Positions 36,311 through 47,785 of a stretch of 64,000 nucleotides of DNA are shown piece after piece. This DNA comes from Lama guanicoe (taxonomy: Eukaryota), in NCBI GenBank assembly GCA_013239625.1, contig MU053379.1:1358974-1422973 (forward strand), read 5' to 3'. Position 1 is the first letter of the stretch; the number at the start of each line of letters is the position of its first letter. Made by a program: the position numbers and the translations under genes. Under the pieces are notes generated by a model. It saw only the letters and a program-made list of their open reading frames with translations. It ran no database searches and had not been told where the DNA came from.

Positions 36311-37210
36311 TCCAGGTCTCTTTTTGACCGGACCTGTTTTCAGCAGTAAGTAATACAAGTTGTGACATGGTTTTGGAGCTCCAGCAGCGCCCCGCGTGGA
36401 AGGTTGTCAGCTTATCAGAGGCTCATGTTCCAGCCCTCTCTGGTCTTTCCTTTTGTGCTAATTGTCCTCATACTTGTGTCAAGTGTCCATTTGCCAAAAG
36501 GACAAGTGGCTTCTATGTTATCAGAACATTCCTGCCTTGAATCGCATCCTGCTCTTTACTTAGGGTCCCAGTAAAGTAGAATATATTTACCTCTTCTGTA
36601 AACATCCAAGTTTAGAACTCCATTCCCAAGTCTGATCATGGTTGTCTCCAGTATTTTTTCCCACCTGTGTCCCCTGGGGTCACCTGTCCATCATGGCTTT
36701 GCTGCAAGCAAGTTTCTTCCCAGAATTAGCAATTAAGCAATTAACTGCTTTGAATAATTATTTTTCTTGCCGAGTCAAAGATTAACTGCCACCAGCATTG
36801 TCTTCTCCGTTTATTGTTTGTAGAACCATCCCGTTTCTGAGTAATGGCAGATGTATTTTAGAACGCACCGAAGCCCCTTGAAGGATGAGCACGAGGAATA
36901 TCATAAAAGCATAAGGGAGGGTGCTTTCCGTGGGAGAACACTGATGCGGTTAAGGAGTGCTTGAGTGAAAACAAAACCGCTTTCATCCCAGTCCTTAAAG
37001 AGGAATGTTTTGTGCATCATTAGGTGCTTTGTGTTCCTATAAACCTTTAACTTTTTGAAAAGATCTGTATTTTATCCAGGTAGTTATATGAAGTGCTTGA
37101 AGCAATGTGCTGTAAACAGTATAATTTTATAGTGGATCAGAATTAAAGCTCATGGGATATGATGCATCTGATCATTTTGATGAAAATCGACATGAATTAT
37201 GCCAAGGGTG

Positions 37211-37367
37211 TTTCTTTTTTTTAAATTGAAGTATAGTCAGTTACAATGACGATTTCTGGCGCACAGCACAATGTCCCAGTCATGCATATACATACATACA
37301 TTTGTTTTCATATTCTTTTTCATTAAAGGTTATTACAGGATATTGAATATAGTTCCTTTTGCTCTAC
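37211..37367 (-). mobile_element. 157-bp 5'-truncated L1 3' end with 12-bp TSD (duplicated at 39544-39700)
   Basis: TTTTTAAATTGAAGTATAGTCAG...ATATTGAATATAGTTCC; TSD ATGCCAAGGGTG at 37199-37210 and 37368-37379. Confidence 0.88.
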
Positions 37368-38495
37368 ATGCCAAGGGTGCTAGTCAGGATTTATCTCCAG
37401 CTCCTTTGGCCTTTTAGAGGAATGCCACTCCCTTCTGGCCTGGAGAGTTTCTGCAGAGAAATCAGCTGATAACCTTATGGGGGTTCCCTTGTGTTATTTG
37501 TTGCTTTTCTCTTGCTAATTTTAGTACTTTCTCCTTATCCTTAATTGTCAATTTGATGACTATGTGCCTTGGTGTGTTTCTCTTTGGGTTGATCCTGTGT
37601 GGAACTCTCTGTGCTTCCTGAGCATGGGTGACTGTTTCCTTTCCCAGGTTGGGGAACTTTTCAGTTATTATCTCTTCAAAAATTTTCTCAGGTCCTTTCT
37701 CTCTCTCTTCTCTTTCTAGGACCCCTATAATGCGAATATTAGAGCACTTCATGTTGTCCCAGAGTTCTCTTAAACTGTCCTCATTTCTTTTCATTCTTTT
37801 TTCTTTTCTTCTGTTCTGAAGTAGTAATTTCCACTAACCTGTCTTCTAGCTCACTGATCCGTTCTTTTGCCTCATTTTGTCTATTCTTGGTTCCTTCTAG
37901 TGTATTATTCGTTTCAGTGATTTTATTCTTCAACTCTGTTTGGGTAAGGAAGCAAGCGAAATTGCTTTTCAAACTGTTTCGTTTAGCCCAGTGTATCCAC
38001 AACGTCCTGATTTCACCGTGTCATCAGTGTGAGTGAGATAACTCACACTTCTTTTTTGTACTGAAGTCTCCGAATCCGTGTAGTTTGTGCTCACAGCATC
38101 TGCGTTCAGACCAGCTACTTTCCCAGTGGCCAGTGACCATGTGTGGCTTTCGGCTGGCATTTGGACAGTGTAGGTTTGTGGGAGAATTATGAATTTGAAA
38201 GTATTAATCTTTTTAAGAGGGCCCTTCATTTCTAGTCTGTTCTCATGTTTCAGGGGCACGTTGTGTTGAAGGCGTCCTAGTTTGCCTTTCTTCAAAGTTG
38301 TTAAGAGAGCCTGTTTTGCCTCCTTTGGTGACGCACCTCAGAGTAAGACCTTTCTGAGTAGACTGTCTCCTTCCTAGTCTGACTGCAGCTCCTGCTGGCA
38401 TGCTGTTTTGCAGACACCTAATAGTTGTTAGTAGTTAACTCAGCAGTGTTTCCTGTGCTTTAACTTTCTTTCTGGATTAAACAAACCCAGGTCTC

Positions 38496-38643
38496 CTTTT
38501 TTTGGTTGGTTGGTTGGTTTGAGGAGGGAGGAGGTACTTAGGTTTGTTTGTTTATTTATTTTTTAATGGAGGTACTGCGGATTGAACCCAGGACCTCATA
38601 GCATGCAAAGCACATGCTCTACCACTGAGCTGCACTCTCCCCA
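38496..38643 (-). mobile_element. Vic-1-type SINE, copy made by the tandem duplication
   Basis: Same sequence and flanks as 36163-36310. Confidence 0.88.
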
Positions 38644-40239
38644 TCCAGGTCTCTTTTTGACCGGACCTGTTTTCAGCAGTAAGTAATACAAGTTGTGACA
38701 TGGTTTTGGAGCTCCAGCAGCGCCCCGCGTGGAAGGTTGTCAGCTTATCAGAGGCTCATGTTCCAGCCCTCTCTGGTCTTTCCTTTTGTGCTAATTGTCC
38801 TCATACTTGTGTCAAGTGTCCATTTGCCAAAAGGACAAGTGGCTTCTATGTTATCAGAACATTCCTGCCTTGAATCGCATCCTGCTCTTTACTTAGGGTC
38901 CCAGTAAAGTAGAATATATTTACCTCTTCTGTAAACATCCAAGTTTAGAACTCCATTCCCAAGTCTGATCATGGTTGTCTCCAGTATTTTTTCCCACCTG
39001 TGTCCCCTGGGGTCACCTGTCCATCATGGCTTTGCTGCAAGCAAGTTTCTTCCCAGAATTAGCAATTAAGCAATTAACTGCTTTGAATAATTATTTTTCT
39101 TGCCGAGTCAAAGATTAACTGCCACCAGCATTGTCTTCTCCGTTTATTGTTTGTAGAACCATCCCGTTTCTGAGTAATGGCAGATGTATTTTAGAACGCA
39201 CCGAAGCCCCTTGAAGGATGAGCACGAGGAATATCATAAAAGCATAAGGGAGGGTGCTTTCCGTGGGAGAACACTGATGCGGTTAAGGAGTGCTTGAGTG
39301 AAAACAAAACCGCTTTCATCCCAGTCCTTAAAGAGGAATGTTTTGTGCATCATTAGGTGCTTTGTGTTCCTATAAACCTTTAACTTTTTGAAAAGATCTG
39401 TATTTTATCCAGGTAGTTATATGAAGTGCTTGAAGCAATGTGCTGTAAACAGTATAATTTTATAGTGGATCAGAATTAAAGCTCATGGGATATGATGCAT
39501 CTGATCATTTTGATGAAAATCGACATGAATTATGCCAAGGGTGTTTCTTTTTTTTAAATTGAAGTATAGTCAGTTACAATGACGATTTCTGGCGCACAGC
39601 ACAATGTCCCAGTCATGCATATACATACATACATTTGTTTTCATATTCTTTTTCATTAAAGGTTATTACAGGATATTGAATATAGTTCCTTTTGCTCTAC
39701 ATGCCAAGGGTGCTAGTCAGGATTTATCTCCAGCTCCTTTGGCCTTTTAGAGGCGCTCGGCGACCTCACAGTGCCTCACTCACTCTTTTGGCCTTTTCTC
39801 TCTCTTATGGTCTTCAATGGAACAAAGTACAGGGAGCGTGTTTTCCAGGCTTGCTGTCCTTTGGTTGATGTTGAGATTTTTGGCTTCCAGCTCCAATACA
39901 GAAAGGCCTGTGTGAGCTGAAGGGCCGATGGAACGCAAACAAACTGCTAAATACGTTTTGTATATTGTAGGATTTTCAGCACTACTTTAGTGACCTTAAG
40001 ACTTAAAGCAGTTTAATTTGATCATTAAAAAATTTAACCCTAACCCTAAAAAATTAAAAAGTTCCCCCCAGTTTTATTGGGATATAATGGACATATAACA
40101 CTATTAGTTTTAGTTGTACAACGTGGTGATTGGATGGATGCACGTATGCTGAAATGATCACCGCGACGAGTTAAACCCCACCGCCTCACAGTTAGAGTTT
40201 GTTTTCCTGAGAACCTTGAAGTGCCAGGCCCCACGCGGA

Positions 40240-40445
40240 GTGAACACTCTTCATTCTTTCTCCCACTGAACCCTCACAACAGCCCTGTCCAATGGGCACG
40301 GGGATTACCCCCTTTCTGCGGATGAGAAAACTGAGGTGCAGCAGAGGAACGTGTGGAAGGTCACTAGCACGTAAGAGACAAAGGCCGGCACGGAACCTGC
40401 AGCTGTCTCCAGAGCTCACGCTACACCTTACAACTCGCACCCTCT
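40240..40445. mobile_element. MIR remnant
   Basis: CCTCACAACAGCCCTG...GGATGAGAAAACTGAGG core. Confidence 0.65.
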
Positions 40446-40965
40446 TCACTTGTTGGCCTTTTATTTGTCCTTCTGAATTCAGTACATCTGTGGGTGTTCC
40501 TGCTTCTCTGCTGGGCTCGGGGAAATCAGCGGAGGGGCTTTGGACCTCAGGTGGGTCTAGTCAGAGGGGAGCAGCACGGCTTGAGGCCAGGTGGTCCTTC
40601 ATCTCGGAGCAATGATGTACATCCAGAATTTTAGTCCTGTTTCTGTCTGGGGAGATTTTACTGGTTCTTTCGGGTCGTATTTCTGTGCCTTCTCTGTCCA
40701 CACTGTATCTGCTGGCCCTGGCACCAGGTTCTGGGTGTGCGGTGCTGAGCAGGGGAGATGCCGTCCCTGCTGTCAGGGAGCTCCCAGGCCAGGGGGAAGA
40801 GAGGCTGGGTGGCACGGCTGTTCCTGCCAGAGCAAGAGGCATGTTCCTGAAGAACCTCATTTTGCAAAACCCCCTCTGACACCAGGGATCCTGGCAAACC
40901 AGTGACGACCTACAGCCGGGCCTGAAGGGAATTCACATTGTTTTTCGCTTTCATAAAATTTAGCC

Positions 40966-41134
40966 AGAGGGGGAGAGGATACAGCTCAGTGGTAGAGTGC
41001 ATGCTTAGCACACACAAGGTCCTGGGTTCAATCCCTAGACACTCTGTTAAAATAAATAAATAAACAAACAAACCTAATTAACTCCCCCCTCACAAAAAAA
41101 AACTCAAAAGAACCAAACCAAAAAAAAAAAAAAA
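40966..41134 (+). mobile_element. Vic-1-type SINE
   Basis: ACAGCTCAGTGGTAGAGTGCATGCTTAGCA...GGTTCAATCCC; A-rich tail; flanks AAAATTTAGCC / AAAATTTCAGCC. Confidence 0.9.
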
Positions 41135-42187
41135 ATTTCAGCCGAAGGAACGGCTGCCTCCAGTGCTGGGGCTTTCCTGCCGAAGGCGGTTGGATGCCTT
41201 CCACTGTCCCCGCTGTCTTTACCCAAGAAAACCCCGACCTCACACAGCCTCTGCAGTGTCGCATACTCCCTTGGGCGCCAGCTGCCTGTGAGTGAGGTCT
41301 CATTACGGGGACAGGTGTCGGGCTGGAACCGTCTGTAGTGCCGGGGTGCTGCAGGCCCTGGAGGAGTGTTTGGGGGTGAGTAACGGGTTGGGGCCGAGGT
41401 AGTGGTGGCTTGTGTGGGTGGGCTCGTTTCTGACTGCTCTGTTTGGGGCGTGAGTTGGACCTTCTGGACCATCACGCTGATTCCCATCTGCAAGGTTGTT
41501 ACTCTTGATGCATGTGCTGGGCTTCTAGGCAGCATGCTAGTTACTTACACTGGAAACACGCCCGCTGGTTTCTCTTCCCCAGTCTCTGAGAGCCTCTTCT
41601 TCTGGTGTAATGACGCACAGCACTGGACAAAGGTCCAGGTTTACTTAGGACTCTCCTGGTTTGAGCACTGAGAATCCTACATCCCCAGAAACCCCTTGGT
41701 CCTGGGCAAACTGGGGCAGCCGGTCCCCCCAGAAGCAGCCGTGCAGCAGGGAGGTGCCCAGAGCTACCTGAGCCCGGTGGGGTCCCAGTGCATGTGCGCA
41801 GATGCAGTCCTCTGAGCATGGGGGAGGAGGCGGGGCTGAGGATGCCCATCAGGATGTCACCTGGGCTGGAGGAACGACAAGCCCTGACCAAGTCCCCAGG
41901 AAAGGTGCACACTCCTGCCAGCTCGCGGCACGTGTGTGACCGGTCCAGCAGGATCCAAGAGGTTCAGGGTCAGACTTGGATGGAGGTGTGGAAGAAACAC
42001 CAGAACGCAGAAAAACGTTGCCTGACCAACTTGGTCACCTGGTGGACTGGCCTGCTTCCATCTATTAGCAGCAAAAGCAATAGGGAGAGAGATTTAAATT
42101 GGGACCAAGAGGATAAGAAAAGATGCAGACTGTAGTATCAGAAAGTGTTTTTGCAGTGTGACCCAGCTGTCTCCCTAGGGCTGCACA

Positions 42188-42335
42188 CCTTTCTCTCTCC
42201 CTCCTCCCTCCCCTTTCCTTCTCTCCCTCCTTCCTTCCTTCCCTTCCTACTTCCTTCTTTCTCTCTTTCCTTCTCTCTTCTCCTCCTGTTCTCTCCCTGT
42301 CTCTGACTCCCTCTCCCTCCCTCCCTTTTTTTTTT
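42188..42335. repeat. Polypyrimidine (CT-rich) low-complexity tract
   Basis: ~145 bp almost entirely C/T. Confidence 0.85.
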
Positions 42336-42494
42336 AAAGTATTTATATATTTATTCATTCGTTCATTTTTTTTGGTGGAAGGAGGTAATTAGGTTTCCTT
42401 ATTTATTTACTAATAGAAGAGGTGCTGGGGATTGAACCCAGGACCTCATGCATGCTAAGCATGTGCTCTACCACTTGAGCTACACTTTCCCCCC
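42336..42494 (-). mobile_element. Vic-1-type SINE
   Basis: GGGGATTGAACCCAGGACCTCATGCATGCTAAGCATGTGCTCTACCACTTGAGCTAC. Confidence 0.88.
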
Positions 42495-44064
42495 TCTTCC
42501 TTCCCTTTCTAATATTTCTTTTTTTTTTTTTGGATACAGTGAAAATTCACTCTTTTTAGGGTCCATTTCTATGAGTTTTGACAAATACCTGCAGTTCTGT
42601 AATCAATATTAGCATCAAGACACAGAACAGTCCCGACCCCCCAGATGCCCCTGTGGCCCGCTTTGTAGTCAGCCCCTCCTCCAGCCCCAGCCCCAGGAAG
42701 CCTGCTTTGCATTTGAATAGTTTGCTGCACATTTTGGATGAAGGGGAGAGCTGGGATTTTCAAGGTGGTCAGTCATCCCCTTGGAGGATAAACTGCAGGG
42801 ACAGAGGCCCTTGGGTGTCCACACATGTACATTTTTATGTAGGTGAAAATGGACTAAAAGTGAACATCCAGGAGGACACTGGGAAAGTGAGTGTAGAGCG
42901 ACCTACAGCTCAAGGGAGTGACCCAGACCGCCCTGGGGGAGAGGGCCCTTGACTGGGGCACTTGGGCATCAGGAGAGGACTGGTCAGGGGTGTGTGCGAG
43001 CTGGTCCCCAGTGGAGCAGTGAGCATCAGAGTGGGGCACATTGTGTCCACGTGGGGCCTGTGCTGGTCCCCGGGGTTAAGGGGTCAGAATTGGGATGGAT
43101 TGGAAGTGGGGGTCCCAGGTCATTACTGCAGAAGGAGCTGAAGCTTCTGTGATGGATGGAGTGGCTCCTGGTGCAAGAAACAGGCCTGTCCAGTTGTTTT
43201 CGTACCAGAGGGCTTGTGGCTTTATGATTGAAACACGCAGAGGTTCGGTGAGGTCAGACCCAGCCTGAGCTGGATTCCTTCCCTCTGCTGTCACCGCTGT
43301 GACTGTCTACTCACCCTGTTCTCAGGCTGGCCTTGCTCATGATGGCGACGATGCCATCTCATCAGTCTGCCGTCCCGAGAAAGAGAACCAGCCTTGCCTC
43401 TGCATTCCAAGCAGAAGTCCTGAAGGTCACATGATTGGGCCAGCTTGAGTTGCACATCCCCCTTTACCCAATGCAGGAAGGACTGTGTGGCTCAGGTCAT
43501 GGATTTGAGAAGCATGGAGTCAGCCTCGGGGTCTTACCTGGAGCCCCTGGAAGTCTGGACTGTTGGGGAGGAGGGGGATAAGTACACGCTGGAGGGGCTG
43601 CTGGAAAGTGCCACTTGTGTGACCTTGACCTGCCTTGTTGGCAGCCGCTGGGAGGTAGGGTACATAGAACGGGTGTGGACGGGGGAGTAGGCAGTCCGGA
43701 GTACCCCGCCTGCCTGTGGGCGGGGAGGGGGTGACTGTCACACATGTGCGTGCAATTGATAAGGGTGTCACTTTCCCTGGTGTCTCTTCTTGGCAGCTGG
43801 GAGGGAAGGGCGAGTGGCATGATTACCCCGAATGCACGTTGGGGCTTATCCTGCTCCAGTTGGCGTTGACTCAGTGCTTTAAACCGAGCTGGCCCACTGC
43901 ACACACGTGACCGGAAACTTCAGCTCCCTTGCGCTGTGTGGAAGGCCCTGCCTTTGCATCTGCCGACACCTTCCTCCCCACGCTGCTCTGGCTCTGCGGG
44001 CACCTTGGCCTTGGCTTTGTCGGGGTGTCTTCTCTGCCCAAGAACTCGCCTACCTTGCCGTAGG

Positions 44065-44550
44065 CTCTGGTTGTCTATTGCTGTGTAACGTACTGCTCGC
44101 AAACCTAGTGGCTTAAAAATAGTCCTGTGTCTTCCTCACAGTTTTGTGGGATGGGAATCTAGGAGGGGCTTGGCTGGGTGCTGGTCTCTGATCCATGTGC
44201 TGTTGGCTGGGCTGGGGGGTTTGGTGGCCTCTGTGCATCTTGTCCCTCCTTTCCCCCACCACATCTTACCCTGCAGGGCCCCCCCACATTGCTTGGCTTC
44301 TCCCAGCCTGCTCATCTTGGGGTAGCTGGATTTCTGACATGGTGGCTGGCTTCCCTCAGACCAAGAGCTGAGGCCCCAAGAGACAGGAGTGGACGTGCCG
44401 GCCCCTTGAGCCAGCCTGGAAAGTGGCCCAGCATTGCTGCCGCTGGGCAGAGCGGTCCCTGAGCCAGCCAGGCTCGAGGGGAGAGTGCGGACCCATCCTG
44501 CAGCAGAAGGAGGAGCAGAGGGTCTGTGGCCACCGTCACTCCTGCACAGC
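44065..44550. mobile_element. MLT1 (MaLR) LTR remnant
   Basis: CTATTGCTGTGTAAC...CCTAGTGGCTTAAAA...CTCACAGTTTTGTGGG...GGGCTTGGCTGGG...ACATGGTGGCTGGCTTCC. Confidence 0.7.
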
Positions 44551-46399
44551 CCATGGCTCCACGCGCTCTGAGGGCTTTCCCATTCTCTGGGTCCTCTTCA
44601 AATCATTGTTTCATGGGGAAAAAAGCACACAGATTCATCAGTTCTTCCCTCTCCTGCAGAGCGAGTCCAAGGCTAAGGGTGCTTTATTGGACTCCCGGAC
44701 TGACTGGGCTCAGATGCTGCCCCCGCCCCCTCCCCGAAGCTCCGTCCTTCAGGGGAATGCTGAAGGCACTGGTCAGGGGGAGTCGTTAACACTCTCCAAG
44801 TTGAGATTTGAGCATGCATTGCTTTTATAGTTATGAAAAACATGAATGTTACACCAGAACTTCCGTTCTGTCAGTTTGTTCAGCAAATCAACAGCTTTCA
44901 CAGTATTAGAAAGAGCTACCTATGTATTCTCTTCTGGGTCTGGTCTATCGTGGGTGGCAAAAAGCTAGAGAAATATGGAAAGACATTTCTGGGGTGCAGC
45001 AGCCCTCTGATGGCCTCGGCTCTTCACTCTGGGGGACACTGTGGCGTTGCAGTCTCCCACAGGTGTGTCGTGCAGAGAGAAGGGGCCAGAAGGAGTAAGC
45101 ACACAACTAGTCTTTGCTTCACGGTTGGTGTTTAATTTTTATGGATTTAATTTCCTTCTCTTTTTACTACTGAAAGCATGTTAGTGGCGGCATGAGTGAG
45201 CTTTGAGTGGAAACCTGTTTTGCAGACTTTGGCGAGGGCTGTGATGCCAGAGGCATCGTTGTTGCAGTAACTCAGGAACTCACAGGGGCGGCCAGGCCGA
45301 CTGCCCCGTGCAGGAGTTTCACAGACAGATGCAACTGATTCTGGACAAATCCCTAAATATTTTCTGTTCTTCTTTTTCTTTTATTCTCTTCAGTATTTTG
45401 CTGATCAACTTCCTTATTTATTTCTGTTTGTCTCTTGGTTTACACTTACGCTATGTCTTCTCTGTGGCTGCAGTAATTTACCTTTCCTCTGCCCAAATGG
45501 CCAATTCTGTACCTTCTTGCTTTTACAGCCTAGCTTTTTGTGATTTCCTGGATTTGCTTAGTTGATTTTCCAAGGTGAACAACAGCGTGATTTTACCAGC
45601 ACTCCTTTCCCACTTAAATAAGTGTCTGTGTCCCCCTGAGACCGGGTTCTGTGACGTGGTGGCCCAGGACCCTGAGGTCTTGGCACAGCCTCAGGTATCA
45701 TGTCCTAGATTTCAGTTACTCCGTGCATGCGGTGCCGCTGGGTCCAGGAAGACAAGGCGGCTCCTTCTGGTGGCTTGGCTGTCCCACCCCTCCTCTTCCT
45801 TTCCCGATTCCTACATCCTGCTCTTCCTCTCCTTTGTCCTTTTGTCTCGTTTCCTGAGCTTCCTCCGTATGTCTGGTCATGAACTTCAGGCCAGCTCTTC
45901 CTCTTGCCCAGCGGAATCTCTTAGAGCGCTTCAGCTTGAAGAAACAAAGGCAATTTAAGAAAAGAAGATACAGGTATAGGTGAAAAGAAACTCCTTTCCC
46001 TCCTGTCACCATCCGAAAAGATGAAATGACTCAGGGTGAAAGGTCAAGTCTGAATCTTTCCACAGGGACACAGGTGGAGTTTAAAACCATACTGATTCAG
46101 GGTCTGCAAAGTCAGAAACATTGCTTAGTTAGTTGGCTCTTTTTATTTTCTTTAGGCAAGGGGTTTATTAAGCAGATGAATAGCATACGTGGCATAGTGT
46201 CTTAGTCCCTCTCGCTTGGAAAAAATGCAGCCCTGGCAAAAGGCCAGCCCTCAGCCTGCCCTGCGCCTGTGAGCTGAGTGTGGCTGGAGGAAACATCCAC
46301 CTTGGCTGGTGTCTTGTTCTTGACCTTGACCTGCAGGTTGGCCCAGCATTGTGATACGTTGACCTGTTCATTCACGCGTCTGTTCCCCAATGTGACTGT

Positions 46400-47330
46400 T
46401 CACTCCACTCAAACCTCTGTCTTCACCTTGGCTGTTGACCTGACTTCCCATTTTCCTGAGAAAATTGAAGCCCTCAGAAGAGAAATCCCATCCACCTGCC
46501 AGCACCTACACTGGCCCTCCTTCCTTCTCCATGGCTGACCCCCGTGCCCTCCTCTCTCCAGGACATTCTTCCTGCCCCCCCCCCCCCCCCCCAGTCTCCT
46601 GAGTCAGTTCTTGCTCCCTTCTCCAGGGTCATCCCCACCTACTTGCAAACGTAGAGACGCCTCTATTAGCCCTACTTCCAGCCCCTTCCCTGCTTCTCTG
46701 CCCTACTCGGCTGCACACTCTCTGAAGAGATGTCTGTCCTCACCACCCACCCCCATCCCACTCCAGCTGGCCTCCTGCGCCCTCCCCTCCACACTACCTG
46801 CTCTTGGCGAGGTGCCCTGCCCTCCCCTTGGTGAGTCGGTCTTTGTCCTCAGCTCAGCGGGCCCGTCCACAGGATTTGGCCCTGCTGCTTCCTCGCTCCT
46901 CCGTGGACGACGGGTCTTCCCTGGGCATCCAGGGCTCTGCGCTCTCCTACTTTTCTTCCTTCTCGGTTCTCCTGGGTACTTCTTCCTGCTTCCTTAAGTT
47001 CGTGACCTTTGAGGGCTCCGGTCTTTGAACTTTTCTCATTTACGGTCAGTCCTTGGGGATCTTGTCCGGTCTCTTGGCTTTAAAAGCCATCTCTTGTGCT
47101 GGTGACTCCTGAATTTTCCTTCCGGTCTGGGCCTCCCCGACCCCGCATTCCAGACTCGTCTGCCTGCCCGCCTCCTGGACGCGTCCTCACTGGGGTGTCC
47201 AGCTCAGGATGCCCAGCGCTCAGCTCTCCTTCCGGTTTCTTGACCCGAACCATGTCACCTGTGGGCGCCCCGTTTCAGGGGGCAGTGGTCCTAGCCTTCC
47301 CGTGGCTCGGGCAGAAAGCCTCTTGACTAA
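46400..47330. mobile_element. L2 remnant (pyrimidine-rich on +), containing a C18 run at 46575-46592
   Basis: ACTTCCCATTTTCCTGAGAAAATTGAAGCCCTCAGA and GGCTTTAAAAGCCATCTCTTGTGCTGGTGACTCC are L2-like. Confidence 0.55.
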
Positions 47331-47394
47331 GCCAGAAGAAATGCTGGACGGAACTTTTTTTTGAAAGTCTTTGTATTTTAAACCTTCTATTGAC

Positions 47395-47785
47395 TTAAAT
47401 TACTTAGAAATAATCTGGACAGCAGAAGAGTTACACAAATAGTCTATTTCCTCCAGCTGTTGTTACTAACATCTTACGTGGCTGCAGTACAGTTATCAAA
47501 ACCAGGAAATTAACATTGCTAAAATATTGTTGAGAAAACTGCAGACCTTGTTTGAATTTCGCCAGCTTTCCCTCTGGTGTCCTTCATCTGGTCCCAGGAG
47601 CCAGTCCGGAACCGGCGTCGTGTTTAGTCATCGCGGCGCCTTGGTCTCTTCCAGGGTGTGGCAGTTCCGGAGTCTCCCTGTGTCTTTTGTGACCTCGCCA
47701 CTTTTGAAGAGCAACTCACTTTGTCAGTTTTGTGCAGTGTCCCTCAGCGTGCATTTGCCTGGCGTCTTCTCCCCATTAGGTTGAA
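47395..47785 (-). mobile_element. L1MC4/5-like 3' end, antisense
   Basis: AGTACAGTTATCAAAACCAGGAAATTAACATTG; related copy at ~55615-56010. Confidence 0.6.

Larger units (their letters stand above)
35089..39753 (+). repeat. Head-to-tail tandem duplication of a 2332-bp unit (35089-37420 and 37422-39753)
   Basis: Both copies begin ATGCCACTCCCTTCTGGCC and end GGCCTTTTAGAGG; five ORF pairs are identical at an offset of 2333; one extra A at 37421. Confidence 0.97.

Noticed and set aside
46575..46592. C18 run (and the CT tract at 42188-42335) as functional G4/triplex elements
   Set aside because: Structure-forming potential exists but such tracts are common and nothing here indicates function.
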